DNA from: Octopus vulgaris
Lineage: Eukaryota
Length of the DNA stretch: 64,000 nt
Direction of reading: 5' to 3'
Assembly (NCBI GenBank): GCA_951406725.2
Contig: OX597817.1
Location: 138,012,001 to 138,076,000, forward strand
Shown: in pieces, positions 56,570 through 64,000 of the stretch
Layout: each line of letters opens with the position of its first letter
How positions within the stretch are numbered: the first letter of the stretch is position 1
Program-made: the position numbers and the translations under genes
Notes under the pieces: model-generated
The model's database searches: none
What the model was told of the DNA's origin: nothing
What the model saw: the letters and a program-made list of their open reading frames with translations, nothing else

Positions 56570-59500
56570 TCACACGGTTCCTTGCACGCACAACACTCGT
56601 GCAACATACTTCCATCTCTTTTGGAACGTACACTCTGACAGACACCTCTTCTCCAGCCACAGTTTCCTTTTCAAATGAAAAGAAAAAAAGGATCGTAAAT
56701 TGTCACCAGAGATAAAGTTGCCTGTCTTAATTCCTTTTATCCTAGTCTTCCATACAGCCTCTTTTGCTATTGCTACAACCGTGGGAAAACAATTCTTACC
56801 TTCGTTCGTTAGAACTCCCGGTGGGTCAATTTTTATAATTGACTCAGTCGACAGCCGTACTCTTCCTTCGCCGGACAACAGATGTTCAGCATAAGCCCAC
56901 ATTTCAGTTATCTCCGGACACTGAACAATAGCGTGAGGGACGGTTTCCCTGTCCCCCCCCGCATCTTGGACAGGTCGGCGACTGACGTTTACCATGTCTT
57001 GCGAGCTTATCCCAAACGGGCAAGGCACCTCTGTAGCATTGCCAGGTTAAGGACTTTTGGAAGTTGTCCAACGTTCTCAACCCGAATGTACGATGAAACA
57101 AGCTGTCCAGTTGAATAAATCCGAGACCTAGAGTCGACCCCAGGCCATCGTCGCATTCAGACTCTACCAACCCACTATATAAAATCCGTGTGGAACCCCC
57201 ACTGCTGGTGTTGCCCGAGCGCCGGAACAACAAGAGGGCCTTACGGCACTCTTTTTGCCACTCACTCGACCTCGGTCTACGAGAACACCAGGCTTCCTAT
57301 TCGCAAAAACTCTTGAACTCAGGGAACATTTGTCTGGCCAGCGGAGACCACACCCGTTCACTATCCAGGAGAATCCAGAGGTGCCTCAACCTCAACGCAT
57401 GTCTGCGCATCATTAACCAAGGCATCCCTAAACCTCCATTTAAAGGCTTTTGACAGCAGACAGAGCGTTTCACAAGTGGCGACCTGCCCTTCCACAAAAA
57501 GCGAAAGAGCTGTCTCTCCAACCTGATCAACCACGAATCCGGACAGGGCACGACGGTCAGGCGGTAGGTAATGACCGATGCGATAAACACATTGGCCACT
57601 TCCGCCCTCCCTTTCAGGGACAGCCACCGCCAAGACCAGGTCTTGACTACTGCAGCCACCCTGCTCAATACCTACGTCCAGTTCTTCTCTATCTGGAGGC
57701 CTGGTCCAAACCAGACTCCCAGCAACTTAACCGGTCCCTCCGTCCAGCGCCTAACAACACTGTCTGAAGGCATCGACTTGCCAACCCAGGTGCCGAGCTG
57801 CAAACCGACCGACTTTTCCCGGTTAATCTTTGCTCCTGCTACCTCCTCGTAAGCCTCAATAGTCTTACCTACTTCACGTAGGCGTGCCACTGTGGTTACA
57901 CTGATAGTGATATCATCCGCGAAAGCCGTAACAAACTCCTCTAGTCCTGGTTCTCTCGGGATGCCACTCAACCTTTGCAGTAATGGCTCGAGGGCCATCA
58001 CATACAAAAGTGGTGAAAGCGGACATCCTTGACGAACCGAGCGTCTGATGCAGAACGGCTTCGAAAGGAAACCGTTCACCCGAACTATCGAGTCAATGTT
58101 GTGGTACAAAGCGATAAACCACCTGAGGAAGCCAAGGCCCAGGCCAAACCGCGCAAGTACAGTCGCTAGGTATCGATGGTCAACCCTATCAAAAGCTTTA
58201 GACTGGTCCAAATGCACCAATGCCCCACCTTTGCCAGATTTATTACCAAACCTCTCTATGGTATAGCGAATAAGATGGAGGGTATCCTGAATGGTTCTGC
58301 CTGGGATGGCACATGTCTGTGCCTCCCCGACTATACCATTCGCGACACGCGCCAACCTTTTTGCTAGAACCTTAGCCAAAATCTTCACTTCTGCGTTTAA
58401 CAGAGTGATGGGCCTGAAATTCTCTAGAACGTCCCCCTTGTCCGGGTCCTTTCTGACCAACGTCACTACTCCCCGGCGCACAGATCTGGGGATAAACCCA
58501 TTCTGTTTCCAGTTCGCGTACACGTCAGTCAGTAGTTGCCCGAACAAGTCTGGCATACATTTATACAGCTCGTACGGAAGACCATCAAGTCTCGGCGACT
58601 TACCCGCTTTACAATCGGCCAAAGCCTCCATCACCTCCTCAGGTGTGATTAGCCCTTCGCAAGACTCCGCATCCGACCCCGAGAGGCACGGCAGCCCGGT
58701 AAGAAAGTCCTCGAGGGCTCTCCCACCACCAGGACCGCCGTCACCCCCGAACAGCTGGGCGAAGTACTCCCGAAAGACCTCACACATTTTCTCGGGTTCG
58801 TTTATCAAGACACCATTTTGATTCGTCAAAGACCGAATAGAGGAACTATTTCCTTGCCGAGCTTCCACCACTCGGGCCCATCCAGCGGCTTTGATTCCTT
58901 CACTTCCCATTGCACGTAACTTAGCTCTGGTAATACTTCCCATGTGGTGGGCTTCAAGATGCTGGTTTAACTCCAGTCTTTTCACCCTCGCTTGGTCTGT
59001 ATTACCAGTCCTCCAGGCTTCTTCTAGTTCCTTAACTAGACCATCTCCTATTTTACGTCCCTTCTTAGCTAAACTTATGCTAAACCTAATAGACTCATAT
59101 TTGATGGCTCTTTTTAGGGCATACCACCATTTGTTATTAATGATGGTACCTGTTAATGCCCTCTGTATTAACATCTTGATCCGCTTTCTGTACTCCTCAA
59201 TCGCCAAAAGGGACGTATTGAGTTTCCAGTAGCCAGATCCCTGTCTATGCAACTTATCTACCGTCAGTTTACAGGTAACCATCTTGTGGTCACTGTAGCT
59301 GACTAGAAAAAACTGTGGACACTCAACTATGGACTTATCTTTTTCTCTAATTAAAATCCTATCTAGATATGTTCTGGTAGACCCGTCACTATTTGACCAC
59401 GTCCACTGTGGAGTGTTCGGGTGCTCCAACCTATATGGATCTGCTAGCTGAAATTGACTTAGCAGATCCCGAAAGCCTGGGTTACATTTTCTGTTCATGT

Positions 59501-59975
59501 TCGAGTTTGAGCCAACACAATCTGTGTGTGCTGCACATATTGTATTAGAGTCTCCTAACACTACTAGTGAATGCGACGTGGCTAGGAACTTTCATAGGCC
59601 ACGAAAATATTCAGTTTGCGGGCCAATAATGTTTGGTGCGTAAATAGCGACCAGCCTGATTGTCTTGCCACAACTGAATGTCAAGTCGAGAACGACCAGC
59701 CTGCCTTCTGGGTCAGAAAAAACCAACTTTTTCTCGGCTACCCGGTTTCTTTTTAGTAGGACCAACACCCCACCCCCACCTCCCGCCCGACTCGGAGAAA
59801 CGTATTTCTCGTAGCCGTTCAGGAGGGGGAGCAGATCTCTTGGCCCCTTCACCCGGGTTTCCGTTGCAACAATTACATCCAAATTTCTCGACCTGATGTC
59901 ATTCAGAAAGCGTCCTTGCTTCCAGCTTGACAACAGGCCATGAACATTTAAACAACCAATGTGAATAGCCATCAC
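56570..59975 (-). pseudogene. Tx1 ORF2: apurinic-like endonuclease + reverse transcriptase + C-terminal zinc motif
   Basis: APE motifs CLNVHGL, ATET, LGDSN, YLDRIL, SDH. RT motifs KSPRLDGLP, FRPITLLN, DQSKAFDRVDH, VRQGCPLSPLLY, FADDI. C-terminal CPRC..ETVPHAIVQC. In-frame stops at 59592-59594 and 57672-57674, plus 3' frameshifts. Confidence 0.93.
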
Positions 59976-59983
59976 TTACCTGT

Positions 59984-61538
59984 TTAATTAGGATTGTCCG
60001 GTGGAGGGGGACCCTCCACCTTTTTTGGATCCAGGGTCGGAGGTGGACGGTCTTGGGAAATAGATTTGTCAAAATCCCGTCTCACCACCGACACAGAATT
60101 ATCAGGTGGAGGGGGAATCTCCACCTTTTCCTTTTCTCGCGGGATCGGAGCTGGTAATCCATGAAATATCGACTTGTTAAAATCTAATCTCAATGAAGAT
60201 ACAGTCTTTCTGTACTTATTTTGTAGAATTCTATAAGTCTTATTTGAGACTTCATATATGTCGTAATTGATAAATTCCTCTGAAAGGTTATCAATTTTTT
60301 TTACAGTCTTTATGAGTTGAATGTCTCTCATGAGCTCAGTATCTTTAGTGTATACGGCTATTATGCCTTTTTCTTCTTTTTCTCTTCTGGCAGTCTTTTT
60401 TGGTCGTTGTTCTGTAGTAGTCGCCGCTCTCGGCTGGGTTGCTGGTTGTATTTTTCTTTTGTTTGTTGTTTTTTTCTCATCTGTTTCTTCTTTATCTTCT
60501 TCCTCTTTGTCTTTTTTCTCCTCTTCCTCCTCTTCTTCATTTTCCTTGCAGTTCCTTCGAATGTGGCCTAATTGACCACATAAAAAACATCGAGGTTTTC
60601 GGCCCTCAACAAACACCACGAGGTTCTCCTCCCCTACCTCAATTGTCTCAGGAATTGTTTGAATTATTTTAGGGTCCGCTTGAATGAGAAGATTAATTGT
60701 TTGACCATCCCAGCGTGGGTTTTCCGTAGCGGTAGCCTGGAGGAGAGTAATTTTTCTACCTCTTTGATTAGGACTGCCGCCAACAACCACATAGGTTCGA
60801 CCTCTGGCGGGACCCTTGTAATTTTTATTCGCGACGTCCTCATCCCCATATAATAGGGTATTAACTCCACGTCGTTCGTTTTCAACGTTTCAACTGAGTT
60901 CTTGTGTGCTATTTCTTTATTGGTGAACCTTACTTCCACCGTTCCGAATTTTTTCTTCTTCTCAGAAATACTACGTCGCCCAATATTGGCTTTAAGCACT
61001 TTTCTATTTTCTCTTCTGACATTCTTTCAATTTTTCTTTTTTGTAGACAATATGTTTTGAAAATTATTGTTTTTTGCTTTTCTTCCTGTAATAACTTTTG
61101 CGGAGGTTCAATTTTCACACCGTTGTCAGTTATTTCCATCATTTTGCTGTATTTCATAATTTCGCTTTTATTCGTCGACAGTATCTGGGTTCCACCCCCA
61201 GCAGCCAACGCAAAACTTTTTTTTCCATTTTTTGGTTCTATCTGGATGCTAGGCACATCAATTATTCTCTTCGACACAATGCCTTTGTTCTCTGGCAAAG
61301 TCGGAAACTCTTCTGGTGAAAGTTCTGACGAGCTCTCAGATACATCTCCAAAAATATCAAATATATTATCCTCTCTGCTATTCCTTCTTGTAGCGGGGGA
61401 AACCCCTATTTCCTTATCTGTATTTGGCTCCTCGCCGGACATGTATTTCCTCCTCTCAACAGGAGAAACAAGTATTTCTGCTCCAACGGTAGGCTCCATG
61501 CTAGACGACATTCTTCCCCCCAAAGGGGGAATGAACAA
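59984..61538 (-). pseudogene. Tx1 ORF1 (gag-like nucleic-acid-binding protein), two frameshifts
   Basis: Overlapping ORFs 60930-61538, 60664-60999 and 59984-60790. CX2CX4HX4C knuckle CFLCGQLGHIRRNC, followed by an acidic/Lys-rich and Pro-rich tail. Ends 8 bp before ORF2. Confidence 0.85.
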
Positions 61539-61678
61539 CGCGTGCTACCACAAGCACTAAGTGTTTTCAATTGAAAACTCCAACAGTTAAGTTATTCAAC
61601 AGTTTAACAAGAAACAACAGTTGTTAACAATATTAACACCACGAAACAGCAATTCTTACTTCACGAACACATGTGCGA

Positions 61679-61730
61679 CAGACGAAATACGGCTACGCAT
61701 TTCGCCCGGCGTGCTAACGATTCTGCCAGC
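61679..61730 (-). mobile_element. SINE family A, 5' head of the interrupted copy
   Basis: cagacgaaatacggctacgcatttcgcccggcgtgctaacgattctgccagc continues the SINE exactly as in 3749-3800. Confidence 0.9.
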
Positions 61731-62929
61731 AGATGTATAACACTCCTATACCTATATAGGAGTGTTATACATCCGTTATGCTTGAGCGATTGACTGCAAC
61801 TGATGTGCAACACAAGACAATGAAAGCCTGTCTAAGAAAAATGATAAATAGTATAACAGTGAAAGAAAGGGGAGAAGACATAACCGAAACCGCGTGGTTT
61901 AGATATATGCGTAAGACGCAGTGAATGGTTGTTGTTAAATGCTTGACACAAATGGCATAAAGCTCTGTCAACACAACAGAAATAACTGAAACAAACCACT
62001 TATAGTGCATAGAGCTGTACTTTGTAGAGTACCTGGATACAGGGAGGGAGAAGAGAGACAAACAGTGATGCAGGCAGACAGAGAGATGAGTTTGTGCCGG
62101 ACGGTAGCATTGAAATACCATATGAAGAGGAATCCTTCAAGGCTGTCCAAACGAAACAAATAGTTAAGGGACTCCTCTGATGTTACCCCAAATTGGCGGG
62201 CCTCTATGAAGTCGCTCTTCCAGCTAGAAATAGCAGACAGATCTCCCTGAAATAACACTCAACTTTCGTTAAGTAGGGAGGACACATTGACTGATGTATT
62301 TCTGATTAAAAAAATAAGATGGTCAACGGTCGAAACATCTTTAATTAGTGGATCTGCTAATGAGGATTAATTTATGCGGTAATTACTCAACAACAACAAT
62401 AAACAAACAAATACGTTGAGAGGTAAATAGAAATAATACCTCAGGTGACAGTAAGTTTGGTGACAATGAAATTAAATACAAACTGTACCACAGTTACGTA
62501 ACTCTGAAGTTAAAAGAAGACTGAGCCAAACGCTGGTCCCTATAGTGACGTCATTCTAAAGTTATGGAAGACTACTTTCTACGTCATTCTCTACGGTTCT
62601 GTCTACAACATTCACACCACGGAGGTTGGGGAGGAAAACTATACACTTGTCTAGAAATGCACTCAAACATTCGAATAGAGACACATGGCTGCATTCATAC
62701 ACACATACATACTTCTACACCAACAGACACCGTTTTATCCTTTACACATACAACTATTGCACAATCATTTACATGGACACATAGACACACAACTCATTTG
62801 CAAACATAGCTCCGCACGCGTAGACACACACACACACATACATATATATACATACACATATATGTATGTATATGTATATATATGATTATATATATATACA
62901 TATTTGTGCATATATATAAGCATACACAG

Positions 62930-62984
<55 letters not shown>

Positions 62985-63504
62985 CATACATACATACCTC
63001 CACACACATATATACACACACGCACACATATATATATATTTATACATACATACATACATACATACATACATACATACATACATACATACATACATACATA
63101 CATACATACATACATGCATACATACATACATACATATAGTTAATTAAGTTACGTAAGCCACATATGTTTCAAAAAAACAGAACTTGTGAAAATATAATTT
63201 ACTCGAACAACAAAAGGTTGTTTTTGTTTATGTTTTTTTTTTGTTTTTTTTTTTGTTATCCGAACGACGTGTGTTTCCACTTGTAGCTTCAAGTTTTATG
63301 TACGGCTATGTGATTAGATACCAAAGTATGTGTATGTATGTCTATATATCTGTATATTTTCATGTGCCATATCTGTAGATAGGTATGATGCGGTACGAGT
63401 GATGTGTGTACGCTTGTGAATTGAGATGCATATCTATTTGAAGACATATTGTGGTATTTGTGTGTATTTGTATGTATTTGCTCCTCTCTCTCTTTCTTTC
63501 TATC

Positions 63505-63563
<59 letters not shown>

Positions 63564-63745
63564 GCGTGGTATGGTGTTTGTTTGCTGTACACTATGTTTT
63601 TTGTGTATGCATATCTGCGTGTACGTACGCACGTCATTACACTTTGTGCCAGATGTAAGGCGATTTCGTCTGGTTTAGGTAATACAGACAGACAGGCAGG
63701 CATGCAGACAGACAGACAGACAGACAAACAGATAGATAGATAGAC

Positions 63746-63804
<59 letters not shown>

Positions 63805-64000
63805 CAAAAGCTGCAAGTACGATATAACAACGATGTATTATTATTATTATTTTTGCTTTGTTTTGTTTTGTTTGTTTGTTGTTTTTTTTTTGGGGGGGGG
63901 GGTGCAGGAGGAATAATCTTCAAAATTGTTTCCATTATATCACAGCTTATTTCCTGTTGTTTAGCCCCGACTCAACTCTGATTTCGTGTTCTATGATTAA

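Larger units (their letters stand above)
56325..61678 (-). mobile_element. Near full-length L1/Tx1-clade non-LTR retrotransposon, inactivated by stops and frameshifts, inserted in a SINE
   Basis: ORF1 with zinc knuckle, then ORF2 with APE + RT + C-terminal Cys motif, and a ~245-nt 3' UTR ending in AATAAAGAAAT. Flanked by the 13-bp direct repeat cagacgaaatacg (56312-56324 and 61679-61691). Confidence 0.93.

Overview
AT-rich eukaryotic intergenic or intronic DNA, densely packed with microsatellites. The SINE families and the extreme (TA)n/(CA)n/(CATA)n/(GATA)n load suggest a cephalopod such as Octopus, but that is inference. No host protein-coding gene is supported; nearly all listed ORFs are microsatellite read-through. 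The recognisable content is mobile DNA: a near full-length L1/Tx1-clade LINE (56325-61678, minus), a second Tx1 fragment, three R4/Dong-like RLE LINE fragments, an RTE fragment, a Penelope-like (GIY-YIG) fragment with an inverted segment, two Tc1/mariner transposons, a MITE, Helitron-like ends and three tRNA-derived SINE families. Three signals stand out. (1) The Tx1 LINE shares its 3' tail with SINE family A and sits inside a family-A SINE with a 13-bp TSD, at the same nucleotide where another family-A SINE has inserted into a SINE at 11068; this points to a LINE/SINE pair that targets the SINE itself and builds dimers. (2) Several minimal type-I hammerhead ribozyme motifs lie in Penelope-type repeats, three with the compensatory U3-A8 core and different helix-II sequences, and one canonical motif sits inside a 528-bp unit bounded by direct repeats. 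(3) A 22/23-bp minisatellite of about 33 units consists of TCF/LEF-like AGATCAAAG sites. All alignments and folds were done by eye, without tools.
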